A DNA stretch of 63,991 nucleotides, the filler included, from Ionaspis alba (taxonomy: Eukaryota), in NCBI GenBank assembly GCA_964255285.1. It is 3 parts of 3 records of this genome, joined end to end, with 100 filler letters (N's around TTAATTAATTAA, not from the genome) between each part and the next. Parts side by side here need not be neighbours in the genome. Positions count along the whole stretch, not along the records: positions 22,729 to 45,342 come from CAXUUL010000201.1; positions 45,443 to 63,991 come from CAXUUL010000288.1; 1 more part is not named here. One strand, given 5' to 3'. Position 1 is the first letter of the stretch. Each line of letters opens with the position of its first letter. This document shows, in pieces, positions 36,189 to 48,913 of this stretch. The notes below the pieces were generated by a model. It had not been told where the DNA came from. It saw only the letters and a list, made by a program, of their open reading frames with translations, and searched no databases. A program made the position numbers and the translations under genes.

Positions 36189-39100
36189 TCATATAGCCCA
36201 TTCGTCCTTATTATCAGTATCGTGGACGAAAGGCTCCTCGATAAGTTTGATAGCGAAGTCGTTGCAGAGAATGCTAGAGACACAAGTTAGCATTCACAAT
36301 GCTTCACAAGTGGTACGCAAAAGAAAAGACGCCATACCACTCCTTTCCCACCAATCCATCGAGTTCCCTCACCTCCCTCTCCCTTCTCGCTCCGCTCCCG
36401 CCTCTCCCAATACTCGCCTGCAGCTCTCTAATTCTCCCCCTCGTAGTCAATCCACTGCCCTCAAGCACCTTCTTACCCAGACAATCACTATGAAACCCAT
36501 GCTGACAGCTCGGGAAGACGAAGAATTGTCGACTCAGCAGCGGCAATCCACAAACCCTACACCTCTCCCCTGGCTCTACAATAGCATACCTGCCATCGAG
36601 ACGCTTGATATCCATCTTAATCGACTCCGCCGTCGCCGCTGACTCATCCATTTCCGTCTTCAGGGTATCAATATGCCGCGAGTACTCCTCCAACGCAGCA
36701 CAGATCTCGTCTTTGAAGTCGTCGATGATGACAAAATCAGGAAAGAAAGGGATCAAGTCCTCGATGCGAAGGAGATTGCAGCGCTTGAGGAAGTCGATGG
36801 CCGTTTTGATGGATCCTGTGCCATGCTGGCTAATGACTTTCTTCGCGACTGCTAGCCACAGCTTCTTGCGGAGAGCGGGATTGGAGTCGCCGGGGCGATC
36901 GGCGACGCTGGCTGCGAGGTCAATCTCGTCGTGCTTAAGGGCCAGTGCTACGGCTGAGGCGTATTGGCCCATGAGGGAGTAGATGTGGACGCAGGATTGG
37001 ACGCGGGAGTGCTGGATGCAAAGACGGAGAGCAAAATCGGCGTCGTAGGATGGTGGTGGGTGGGTTGATTGAGCAGATAGGTAATTCAGGAGAGCAGTTT
37101 CGGAGGTCGATGGGTGGGAGGCGTAGATGGAAATTAGAGTGTTGTGGACGGCAGCATCGGTCGAGTGGAGCTGATTGATGCAAAACAACAGATATCGAGC
37201 CGCTTGATTCTGGTTGAGAGGTACGGTATTATTCTTGGCGTAGTTCAAGAGAGCTGGTATGAGATTGCGTGGATTCAGATCTGGATGCCGCATCATGATA
37301 TCAACGAGCTCGGTGGGGACATGGCTCATGAGGACGCTGCTGTACTTGTAGAAGACTGCCGGATCTGTCTGCTTCTTCAATACATCGAGTGCCTCCGTCC
37401 ATCTCTCTCGCTGTACCCAATACGAGAGAACATAATTGTAATCATTGATTGCTGTCGCATACGCAAGTAGTTCTTGCTCCCGGCCATGGCTGCTAATGAT
37501 CTCATAGGTTGTCTTCCGATCGAGATCTCCCTTGTACTTGTTGACGAAGTCCTGATATTGGCCACGGATGATTCCAAGCTCATCTTTTGTCTCGGCGGTA
37601 TTCATATTTTCGACCAATTCTGCTTTGGTCGTAATAGTGTCATCCAGAGTATTGAGCTTCGTCATGAACAATTCTGTCAACCAACTTGCGATCATGACTC
37701 GCTGCATGATCGATGACTTCTTGTATGATTGCAATTTTGTCAATAGGTACTTCCTCAAGGCGTCTTGTTCATCGTTATCAATAAATGTAAGGGCAACCTC
37801 TTCAAACGCCTTACTACTCTTGCCGTATACCCCAGCGGCCTCGATAAATTGGCCTTTACCGATCAAATAGTCCCCGGAAGCAGTCGCAACCGCATCTTTT
37901 TGAGCCGCACCGTGTGCATGTCGTAGAGCGGCATCGAATCGCTGTTCTTTGAGCATGACCTTCCAGACATCACGATCCTCATCAGTCACTACGATTTCAA
38001 AAATTTCTTGACTTGTGAAGAGCCAGAAAGTGTTCTTCTTCTGATCAGCGAAAAGTCCAATGGCATTTTGGCCAGGCTCAAGCACAGCTTGATCATAGAC
38101 AACCTTTTCATCAAGTCGGTTGATGGCGACGATTCTGCCTTCGACGAAGCACAATATATGCCATTGAGTCAGAGCTATGGCTTGTATGGGGTCTCTGACT
38201 GGTCTTCTGCGACCACTGGCATTTTCCGAAGCTGGTATCTTCGACCTCTCGAAGTTCTTCGCATTGTTGAACGTCCTGTTGCCTAAGCTGGAGATCTCGC
38301 TTGAAGAGTCCAGACTTCCATAAAGAATACCCCTAGCTGACAGCCAAGAAAATATTCGTTCTCTGTCATAATCATCGACGCCAGATCCTTGTGGCAAATC
38401 AGGAGAGAAAGCTAAAGCAGATGGGTCAGAGTACTGAGAGCCGGCAGAAGCCTCCAAGAGGGTTGGCGTCTCGGTCTCGAAAAGCTTCGTGAAGATACTC
38501 CCCGAACCTTCTTGTCCATGTCTTCCCAGACGTCCAGCGAAGTGAAGTAACCGATTCGGCGATGCAACGAGTATTCTTCGAACATCGGGCCGACCTTCCA
38601 GGACATCCGCCCACAAGCCTGTCACCGGCCCATCTGGGATTTTGTAGACTGATTTCAAGTACTTTTCCTCCCTTCGGTAGAACTCGTTGGACGGTTCAAT
38701 GTAAACTTCATATATGTTTCCATCAGAAGCTCCGACTAAGATCTCCCGCGTAGAAGCTGTGGGTAAAGAAGGGTTCCAAGCTATGCTTTCAATGCCTACT
38801 CCTTTCAGCCGCGAGAGAGCCTTTGGCTGCCGAGATTGGGCATGGAGATAGTAATTCTCCCCCAAGGTGGTAGTGATGATCAAGTGGGATGCGGATGGGT
38901 CCAGGAACATACGGCGGATGAGCCCAACTTCTGAAGACTTCTTCGGTAAGTCAATGTCTTTGGGAAATTAGCAGAGCCCGTGGCGCGAGAGACGATCATG
39001 TACCATCAATGTCTGCGGGGCTGTCAAGATCTATACGCAGAATCCGTCCCGTGGATAGTGCTAGCACCAGAACATTATTGGCTACCTGAGCAGCTACAAA

Positions 39101-39220
39101 GTCGGACGAGATCGAGAATTGAAGCTGTACTCGTTCCACATTGAATATTGGCAAAGCAAGATCCGAGAGATCCTGTAAGCTACTGGAGGCAACATAGCCT
39201 CCAGAAGAACCCAGTGCCAT
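36189..39220 (-). CDS. VPS18: HOPS/CORVET subunit Vps18/Pep3
   Basis: MFLDPSASHLII, clathrin-like repeat, LRKKLWLAVAKKVI, LRIEDLIPFFPDF; RING CRVC..CQHGFHSDC..CILC completed by last exon ending at 36189. Confidence 0.94.
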
Positions 39221-39585
39221 AGAAGGCTAATCGTGGAATTTTAACAGCATGTTCTGTTGAATGAAGCTCTTCACGCGGAGGGCTTCTTACGAATCGGAAC
39301 CCACGTCGAAATAGCTTGGCGTTTCATTGGAGCTAAAAGCGGATGGTGACGGCGCGGCGGAATTGTGCCGTTATGATAGAACCGAGGTTCGGAAGTTGGT
39401 TCTGTTTAGTTGAAGTGTGGGGTTTCAGGGACTTTGATTCGGGGACAAAAGTCATACAAGAGCTTATATCTTCTCGTCTTTCATTTCTTGTGCTATCTAA
39501 TTCTCTTCCTAGTCCTTCCTCTACCACATCCTCGATTGCTCTTCTAATACCCCACGGCTCAATTCTCTCGATCATTACCACCATC

Positions 39586-41034
39586 ATGGCACCTACCGCA
39601 TCCCAGAAAATCCCCATCCTGGCCCGGGCATCTGTCAGTGACCGAGCAAAGAAGACATTAGACTTGGTATGTCTGTTTTTCTAGCTGAGTTAGGTCCGTC
39701 GTGCTCATAGCTCTGGAACAGGTCGAGAAGTTTGTCGATGAAGAATGCATACCTGCAGACACCGTTTACTTCTCCCAGCTCGGCGAAGGCGACAAGAGAT
39801 GGACTACCTATCCTTCAGTGATCGATGACATCAAGGCCAGAGCGAAGAAGCTAGGATTGTGGAATATGTTTCTGCCCAAGAACCATTTCAAAGAAGGAGC
39901 CGGATTCAGCAATCTTGAATATGGGTTGATGGCGGAGTACCTGGGACGATCAAGAGTGGCGTCAGAGGCAACAAATTGTGCAGCACCAGACACTGGAAAC
40001 ATGGAAGTGCTGGCAAAGTATGGGAACGATGCTCAGAAGAAGGAATGGTTACAGCCTTTACTTGACGGAAAGATCAGATCTGCTTTTCTCATGACAGAAC
40101 CGGATGTGGCGTCGAGTGATGCTACTAATATTACCTTGACGATGAAGAAGGAGGGCAATGATTATGTTCTCAATGGCTCAGTATGTATCTCGGAAGAGTT
40201 CAGAAAGCCAGCTGTTGACTAGCGGAATAGAAATGGTGGAGCAGTGGTGCGGGAGACCCTCGATGCAAGATCTACATCGTCATGGGCAAGACATCGCCCA
40301 ATAACCCCGATCCCTACAAGCAGCAATCTGTCATACTCGTCCGCCACGATACACCCGGGATCACGATCGAGCGCATGCTAAACGTCTACGGATATGACGA
40401 TGCCCCCCATGGTCATGGCCATCTCACATTCAAGAATGTAAGGGTTCCAGCGTCGAACATGGTATTAGGTGAAGGACGCGGGTTCGAGATCATTCAGGGC
40501 CGGCTTGGACCAGGAAGAATCCATCATGCTATGCGATCAATCGGTGCAGCAGAGAGAGCGCTTGACTGGATGCTTATGCGGATCAATGATCCCCAGAAGC
40601 AGACATTTGGCAAGCAATTGAGCCAGCATGGTGTCATCCTGGAATGGATTGCCAAGTCCCGGCTGGAAATCGACGCTGCGCGACTCATTGTGCTCAATGC
40701 GGCGATGAAGATTGATGAGTCAAACGCGAAAGGTGCTTTACTGGAGATCGCAGAAGCGAAGGTGATGGTGCCACAGATGGCATTGACGGTGATTGACCGT
40801 GCGGTGCAGGCGTTTGGAGGAATGGGTGTATGTCAGGATACTCCTTTGGCAAATTCATGGGCAGGAATCCGAACATTGAGAATAGCAGATGGGCCAGACG
40901 AGGTCCATTTGCAACAGATGGGGAAGAACGAGAATAAGCGAGGCAAGGATGCGGCTGCAAAGATTGCTGCACAGAAAGCCGAAGCTGAGAGGTTGTTGCA
41001 GTCATATAATGTCACGGCGAAGTCAAAGTTGTAG
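39586..41034 (+). CDS. Acyl-CoA dehydrogenase (ACAD10/11-like), peroxisomal
   Basis: [61 protein letters not shown]-terminal SKL; introns 39667-39721 and 40181-40230. Confidence 0.93.
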
Positions 41035-41050
41035 AATCTAATAGCTTGGG

Positions 41051-41150
41051 NNNNNNNNNNNNNNNNNNNNNNNNNNNNNNNNNNNNNNNNNNNNNNNNNN
41101 NNNNNNNNNNNNNNNNNNNNNNNNNNNNNNNNNNNNNNNNNNNNNNNNNN
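41051..41150. other. Assembly gap (100 N)
   Basis: Run of N. Confidence 0.98.
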
Positions 41151-41425
41151 AATGACTCACGAAGTATTTCCATGCCAACGAGATCTGCATTGACCCGCAA
41201 ATTACGTACTGAACTTAGATGGTTGTCTGTCGTTCCTGACACCAATATTCCTCGCCAGGTCCCGTTGCCGCGACAACAAAGCTTTCCATAAACTTCATTC
41301 TACTATCAGCAGAAACTTCAATTGCACCGCACATTTCCTACTCTAACCTACTGTAAAGCAATTCACAAAGTGACACAGACATTACACAATCAATTCTCAT
41401 AAACCACCCTCCACCCACCAGAACA

Positions 41426-41944
41426 ATGTCCACCAACGTCCTCACCTCGCGCGACATAAACACCTCGGCTCCAAGCACTCATGCCAACCTAGACAGCAAG
41501 GCTGCAAATATGACCACGGATGAGAGTGTCAAGAGCATGGAGTACCATCGCCAGGTTCTACAGTCCCGGATAGCAGAAGAGAAGTACGTCCTTCCCAGCG
41601 CCCTGTGTACAACATTTTAACCACAGCACACAAACAAGTGCTAATCTAACTTCTTACTCCACTACAGGGGTCAACAAACCTACATCTCCCCTTCCGATAC
41701 CATCATGTCACCTTGCACAGCCAAGCTGTCGGCGATGAAGAACAAGCGTTTCGCCAAGTACATCAACCTCTCCTCTTCGCTTGCCTCCCTGTTCCTACGT
41801 TCTCAACTAATGCTAACACTTGTCGTTTCTGACAGAGCAAAGCCCCAGTCGCTCTTCGCTAAGACCTCCAGCAAGAACCTTGGTGCTGTGGAAGCTTCCA
41901 ATACGACCGGTCTGGGAGAGGAAAAAGGGGAGTTCGGATCATAA
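41426..41944 (+). CDS. SPO12: Spo12-family protein
   Basis: Three exons (introns 41584-41667, 41758-41835): KSMEYHRQVLQ...YISPSDTIMSPCTAKL, the Spo12 motif. Confidence 0.88.
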
Positions 41945-42704
41945 GGTTGTGAAGGAGTGGAGTATGTGTTTGAGCATGATACCACTTGCATGACCAGCCA
42001 GTTCCACGGTCATGATTGCATGGTTCTTTTCTTTTGTTTACGACTGAAGTCTTGGTCTACTGTATTGGTGCATTCGATTGTGTTTGCTCTGGACGATGAA
42101 GAGAGAGCTTGCGGCTGGGTACTTCTGCGCACTTGTCAAGAGGCATGTTGCATTGAGCGCTTCTCTCGGTCTTCATGGATTCGAGGTGTTCTGTTTTTTC
42201 GAATTGCATGCAGGAAATAGCATAGCTACGGAGTTTTGAATGCATACATCAACCTTCATACTCGTGCATGAATGCATTGCGGAAAGCAACGATAGAATTC
42301 GTACTGCCTACGTGTTGTGGACTCACGAGCAAAGTATGATGAGAGTTTCTGCTTTCGTGATGGAAAGAGTTGGTTACACTTCTGGCGAAGTAAGATTATG
42401 TCCCCTTGCATTTCGTCACCTAGATCCTCTGACACCAGTACTCCTGACAATTTCACTGTTGGTCGTGAAAGGACATGATATTTGGAGGTCGCTGTCGTCA
42501 TCTCTTCGTCTCACCAAACTTTGATCTCATTGGAAGTCAATCATGTTGCGGTAGTAAATCTGCGAGCTAGATAAAAGTTCTAATTATGCTATCTTTCGTG
42601 CTGACAAAGACGGCAGAGATGAAACGAACAACGAATTCATATTCTTTAGATGCGGTGAAGTCCTCTCCTATTACCAACAATGACCCTCGCGTCCGTTCGT
42701 ACCA

Positions 42705-43011
42705 CATTTGCAGCTACCGGTGTCCTCCTCGCTCGAGCCACTTGGTTTGTAGCAGCAGCGCTCGTAGAATCCACAGAAGCTACAGTCAGCGAAGCTGTAG
42801 CATATTCTCGCTTCTTTGATAGGGGAGCCTGTTCTTAGAATTTAGCACGATTCGATGGGCGAGGTGTATAACAAGCAGGGATTACGATTGAAAAGGACCA
42901 AGGGGTATACTAACGGCCGTGATTAACAGGTACTTGACCTTCAGGTGCTGGAAGACCGGCGGACGACATTCCGATCATGACGAAGATTGTAAGAAGAATA
43001 GTAGGCTGCAT
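42705..43011 (-). CDS. Small secreted Cys-rich peptide (3' end uncertain)
   Basis: ATG 43011, signal MQPTILLTIFVMIGMSSA; intron 42829-42914 (GTTAGT..GCTAAA..CAG); exon 2 RSPIKEARICYSFADCSFCGFYERCCYKPSGSSEEDTGSCK; TATAAA ~145 bp upstream. Confidence 0.62.
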
Positions 43012-43594
43012 TCTGCCGTTTGGATCGTTGCTAAGGATAAGATTGTTTTGATGATATGAGATTGATGGATGGTTGGCAGTTTTGTTGGAAGTGAAATTGG
43101 AATGATGGAGATGCTGGATTGCTGAAGATTCAAGAAAGGTGAGGATGGACATCTTTATAGGCATCACAGTACAGCATGATGGGGAAGAATCTGAGGCCCA
43201 ACTCATGCCTTTGACAAACTTCTATTTCACCGCCGGTCCTACCGCAACTTGAACAAGCCCTGCCATACCCAAAGGCACACATAAAGATGGCCGATGGCTC
43301 CAGAAGCTGAGGCTTTGAGCCCCTCATCTGACTCTGGATTTAGAGGCTCTGGATATTTGCAGCTCTTCGGGGATCTTGGTTGTCGTCAACCCGGAGAAAA
43401 CATTTCGGTACAACCGAGCTCGGCATCTTGGCGCTTGGCATGCAGATTACTACATTTTACGCACCGTCAGCTCATGCAAAGCGATAGCAGGCAGTTAAAA
43501 AAAGAATACACAATCTAATCAATCAAGGACCGTTGAGTATTGAAACCCCCATAAGCCACATGGTGGCTTGCTTACTCAGTTCGGCGAGCATGTG

Positions 43595-43694
43595 NNNNNN
43601 NNNNNNNNNNNNNNNNNNNNNNNNNNNNNNNNNNNNNNNNNNNNNNNNNNNNNNNNNNNNNNNNNNNNNNNNNNNNNNNNNNNNNNNNNNNNNN
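43595..43694. other. Assembly gap whose flanks overlap by 46 bp
   Basis: 43549-43594 is identical to 43695-43740. Confidence 0.92.
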
Positions 43695-44372
43695 CCATAA
43701 GCCACATGGTGGCTTGCTTACTCAGTTCGGCGAGCATGTGTGGTGAATGATGGATAGTGGAGATAGGTAGGTACAGCTTCTAAGCCCTAATCTAATCAAC
43801 ATCGCTCGGCTCGAATTTCTTCGTCTCATGGACCCAGCGCTCAGCATCTTTGTGGATTGCTACAAGGAGCGTTTCGAGATCTTTGATACACTACTTCACC
43901 GCTAATACATCTAAGCAGGATATGCCCGAACTGGCTGATATAGGGGTATCGCCAGTCGCTTAGGCCCTGACCTCCACGGCGGGCATGCCACAACGACTAT
44001 TTCGTCTCGTTGCAACATTGCGAGACTTAGTATATGACAAGAAAGGCTTGAACAAGACTATTCAGCAATCATCATCAGTCGGCGAGGTGAGAGAGCACGG
44101 ATGACTTCTGAGGAGCTGATGGAGAGTGATAGCGAGCTCGGTGGTTATGGGCCAAAAATGGAAAGCCAATCCTATGCAGAAAGACTCTCAGAGCATTCTT
44201 AGAAGAGACTTGACAATATAGCAAAGTTCTGAATATATATAAGATGTTATGGCTCGCCTCAAACATATCCTTCAACTTGCTATATACTGCTACCTGCAAT
44301 ACTCATCAACCCCATATCGCGAGCATAGTTTCTTTAAGCGTCTATAAACACTCAATCGTCTGCCAGGCAAAT

Positions 44373-45342
44373 ATGAAAACTTTTATTCTCGCATTCTCTT
44401 TACTGTTAGCTACAGTCTCTGTGACTGCTTCAAACCACATCTTGACCATCGATTGCGACGAATTGCCCGGTGAGCTTATCTGAGACTCGAAGGCCAGGGA
44501 TAAAGCTAACGAGAGTATAGAGATCTGCACCAACACTTGCTATGGTAGGAACGATGAGATCCTATCTCCAAATTGTCGACCTAGGACTGACTTTGCTGGA
44601 GGCGCACGCTGTACCAAAATAGGAGACCATCTTCGATATGACCAGCCGGGATCGGCGGGCACCTATGCGCGCCGTAAAGCCTCTGGATGTCAAGTATCTG
44701 GCGGCAATAGGTGCTCAGTCAGGAAAGGCCATGCACCAGGCTTCTCTTGTGATGAGTATCCGCTGGCTAGCACCGAATCACAGGGTGCCGTGAAACTACG
44801 CATAAACAGATGCGTCCCCGCGGAACAGAACACTGGTGAGTTGAAGACAGGAGGATCCGAACAAGTAAGCCCTCCCTTGGCTGAGCAGAGAGCTGATACG
44901 GATCGACTGTATAGGTCAGGGACACATGATGGCGAACTTCTATCGAGACGTCTGTGGCAGTCAACCCTGTGATTTCCAAGTCTTTGTCTCCAGTGTGCAC
45001 CCTCTCAGGAATCTTCCATATTGCACTTCCGCTTCGCGGTGTAGAATCGACCCCAACCAGAAGATTGGCCCAGGGCCGTTCACAGAGTCCCTTTCGACAG
45101 GTCTGAACGGGACTACACACTGGAGCGCTAACAGGACAGCCCTGCATCAGTATCGAACAGCTTCTGGTCGGTACATCATCGCGCCGGGAGGCCAGCGACC
45201 GAATATGGGCCAGTCTACGTTCCGAGTCCAGGCAAAGAATGGAACCCTGTGGAAGGAGCACATGGCGGAGAACAGAGAGTCGGACGACACGGTGCTGGAG
45301 AATTTAGAAACTGTCGAGGATGTGATTGTTGGTTTAGCATAG
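44373..45342 (+). CDS. Secreted NucA/NucB-type (His-Me finger) deoxyribonuclease-domain protein
   Basis: Signal MKTFILAFSLLLATVSVTA; introns 44470-44520, ~44545-44601, 44836-44914; IDCDELPEICTNTCYG, RRKASGC, SCDEYPLAST, RCVPAEQNTGQG match the fungal DNase_NucA_NucB pattern. Confidence 0.82.
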
Positions 45343-45442
45343 NNNNNNNNNNNNNNNNNNNNNNNNNNNNNNNNNNNNNNNNNNNNTTAATTAATTAANN
45401 NNNNNNNNNNNNNNNNNNNNNNNNNNNNNNNNNNNNNNNNNN
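45343..45442. other. Assembly gap with artificial linker (N44-TTAATTAATTAA-N44)
   Basis: Directly visible. Confidence 0.97.
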
Positions 45443-46591
45443 GGTGGAGGGGAGGGAGTGGGGTTGGGGAGAGGATCCGGATGAAGTATCGACTTTTAGT
45501 TGGGGATATTCGACTCCTTTATTGGTCTCTTGTGGCGCGCATTTCCGAATACTTCGTTGAGCATTCGATCCTCGATTGCTACTTCGACTTCGATTTTCCA
45601 GACTTACTCCTCGGCACATCAACCGATAACGCATATCGGACGAACACACAACACGACACGTCAGATTCACTTCTTTTCCCATATTACACCCACCACGAAT
45701 TTTCCCGATTTTTCCAGGCTCCGCCGCGGTTAACCTCCGTTTGTACCAATACACCCACCCACACACAAGCAAGGCGGTTATCTGGCATTCTCGCACTGAA
45801 TTTTCCCCCTTCCCTAGTGTCCCTGATTTTTTTTTCACATTTCTGCAATGCAATGCGATGCGAATGCGATGCTACATCCGGCGTTTTTCTTTGATCCTCC
45901 TGTGATAATACGGCGTGGGGAGGTGGACTGATTTCGAACGGTGCCGTGGAGGCTGGGATGTGAAGGGTGGGATTTTGTTTGCGGGTTTTTTGTATTTTTG
46001 TCTTTTTTGTTGGAGATGAGAGGTGCGAGAGGAGGATGGAGAGGGCGAAGGGATGTGGAGATGGTGGTGAGGAAGGGGAAGACTGGGCAATAGCTAGTGT
46101 GGAGAGAGTTACTGTGCCCTGGAAGAAGGGGTGTAATGGAATTCGTTGGATTGTACGAGTGGTGTGCTTGGTGCTGTGTGTTGCTGCTGATCATTTGGCT
46201 GCTGTGATGCTTGAGTCTTTTCGTGAAGTGAGCATCGCGTACTGCACTCATTGTCTCCCAAGACACTACGGGCGCGGCCAGGATGGTTTGCGGACTCTGA
46301 GGATATCTCGTACTTTCTTGTTTGCAGTCGTGGCTTCTTGTGGTTCTCTATTGTAGCTAACACCCTACTCAGGACCTGCTACTGTCCTGAGCTACGGCTC
46401 TAACCTCGTGTTCCCATTTCGCTTCAGCGTCGCTGTCATTCACTGCCTCTTATTTCGAGCATGGAAAGCCCGCTCGCTACCTGGCTTGCGACTCATGCAA
46501 ATGCTGATCTTGATGCTATGAGAGTCGTAATGCACATTGTCCATCGCTATGCCAAAGACCGCCCTCTCTCAAACTCTACGGGGTCTTCTCA

Positions 46592-48495
46592 TCACTTCTC
46601 TTGGATATCCTCCAATGTCGGCAGATCGATAGCGCGATACAGCAATATCAGCGCGGAATGGCTCTCCCCTATCCACAAAGTCAGCTCCACCATCTCCTTC
46701 TCGAAAATCAAACGACAACAACGGGACAGAAAGACTCACCACCTCCCGACAACGTCTCGATCTTCTCGGCATCCACCTCCGACACCTTATCGTCATTGAA
46801 CCACCACCACTTGCCATCCTCCTCCTTCCGCTTCCCCGTCTTCGCATCCAGCTTTCCCTGCTTCTTGACATACGAGGTGTAATGCCCACTATCAGCACTC
46901 GCGCCCTGATGCGTGACCACGCCCCTCAACTCATAGATCCCGGATTTGTTCGCTCCTTCATCCTTTGCAAGCTCTGGATCAATGAGCGCGAACAATTCCT
47001 TCTTCGCTGCAAGGATGGAGGCAGCTCGCTCGGCGTCGTACTCAGCGTCAGTCTTGTAGACGGCATCCGGCATTTCGGTATCGGCGTCAGCTTTCTTCTC
47101 ATCAGGCTTGTTTTTCTCCTTCTTGGGAGCTTCAGTGGTCGAGCCATGAGCTTTCGCATCAGCCTTCCGATCCTCCTCCTGCTTATGCGCCACCTTCTGG
47201 CGCTTCCTCGCTCTCGTCACATCCTCCTCATCCTTACGAATAACGCGGACTTTGTCACGCACGGGAATCAGTTGTTTCTTCAATGCATCGGTGCAGAATT
47301 CCACGACGTCGAGTTCGGCAGGAAAGGTGACTTTGCGCATGATCTTGGCTTTCTTTTGGGCTTCGCGTTTCCAGAAAAAGCGCACGAAATGCACGGTTAG
47401 GTATTTGGGCAGCCGCGAGATCCGAGACGTCTTGGTGTACATGGTGTCGTGGTCGAGGACTGCGGAGCGCTTTTCGACTTTTTCTTCGAGAGCGGCGAGC
47501 ATGCCGTCCCGGAGGTGGTTTGTGTCTTTCTGGATGTGGCAGTCGAGTTTGAGGAAGGTGTCTTCGCCTTTGATTTCTTTTTCGCCGGCTTCGACGGCGG
47601 TTTGGTCGTCGCAGCTGAGAGTTGTTTCGAAGCGGCCGGCGAGGTATTTGTCGATAAAGGAGATGTCTTTGGCGGCTTGGTTTGACTCTTCATTGCTGCT
47701 CTCTGCGGTATCGACTTTGATCTTGAGCTTTTGCCGTAAGAGGGAAATTATCTGTGACCAAGCCTCTTCTGCATCTTGCTGCGCGTATCCGTTTCCGGAC
47801 TTAGCTCGCTGGTTGAATTGTGGAAAGGCAGCGCGTAAGGCATGAAGAAACATGAGCGGAGGAAACCCTTCCTGCGTTTCCGACATCTGCTTGTAGAGGT
47901 CGCGTAATGAAGCGGTGAGATCTGTCCCGCTTCCAATCTGTCCAAGACCAAATTGACTGAAATCCGGCGTACTCGAAGCACCTCCCCCAGTCCTCGACGG
48001 AATATATTTCGCCAGCTCTTCCTGAAGCTCCGGTACAGATCGAAGGGTCTGTAGCGTCGAGTTGAGGTAGCATGTATTTCCCAGATTCTGAAGCCCTGCA
48101 GGTATCGCACCCTCGGCTTTTGCTGCCTCTGCCTCTGTCATGTCCTCCATGAATCTCACAGCCTCTTTGGGTCTCTGGACCACGTCGTTCCCGTCACCGC
48201 TAGACGGCGTTCCCATCATCATGAATGTTTGCCCCGCCTTAGCCTTGAGCGTGGACATGTCGGTGTCATCTTTCAGCTGGCCGCCTTTCACGAGAATCTT
48301 CTGTCGCTCTGGTTCGACGCCCGTGAGAGAGTATAGTTGGTATTTAAAGGTTTCGCCGGTCGAGGTAGGATCGAGCTCTACTTCGTGGCGCTTGCCTTGG
48401 TGTTTGACAAATACTGAGGATGATCATTAGCTTTCTGAGCACTCTTCGGAAACTCTGAATAATAGATGAGAACACATACCTTGGATAGTAGCCAT
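46592..48495 (-). CDS. UBP6: Proteasome-associated deubiquitinase Ubp6/USP14
   Basis: N-terminal UBL (VKHQGK..LTGVEPERQKILVKGG), GLQNLGNTCYLNS, QQDAEE, THQGASADSGHY, FNDDKVS; last exon GESHSALILLYR. Confidence 0.95.
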
Positions 48496-48913
48496 ATTTG
48501 AAGACTGTAGAGGCTATTAGCAAAGAGCTGTAGGGCAATATGTGGTGGAGCGGCGAAACCCAAAAAGTTCATCCGTTGTTGATGGTCCTCGGATTATGTA
48601 AGGAGACTGATGCCACTAAAGTGCAGTAGTGAGCACGCGGCATATTAGCGTAGGAGTACAAGTGCGCCTGGAGATTATGTCGAAGTAGCAACAATCAACA
48701 CATACGCCAGAGCAGAACGTTTTACCTTGAGGATCGGTTCTTGCCCAACTCCCCAAAATTGAGGAAGATCCGCTTGGTCTCCCGAAAATATTCCTCAGAT
48801 CTACCCCTGATTGGATGATGTATGGCGAATAAAAACGGGAGTCCCACCACAGTCCAAGAGCTAGGAGGGCCGTTCCTCTGATCGGAGGGCATAATCGAAG
48901 AGAGACGTTCATT

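Noticed and set aside
43549..43740. 46-bp direct repeat flanking a gap, resembling a target duplication or LTR end
   Set aside because: An exact duplicate abutting both gap edges is most simply an unmerged contig overlap.
45443..46460. Several 100-150 aa ORFs on both strands
   Set aside because: Biased UTR/promoter-like composition; translations lack domain-like character.
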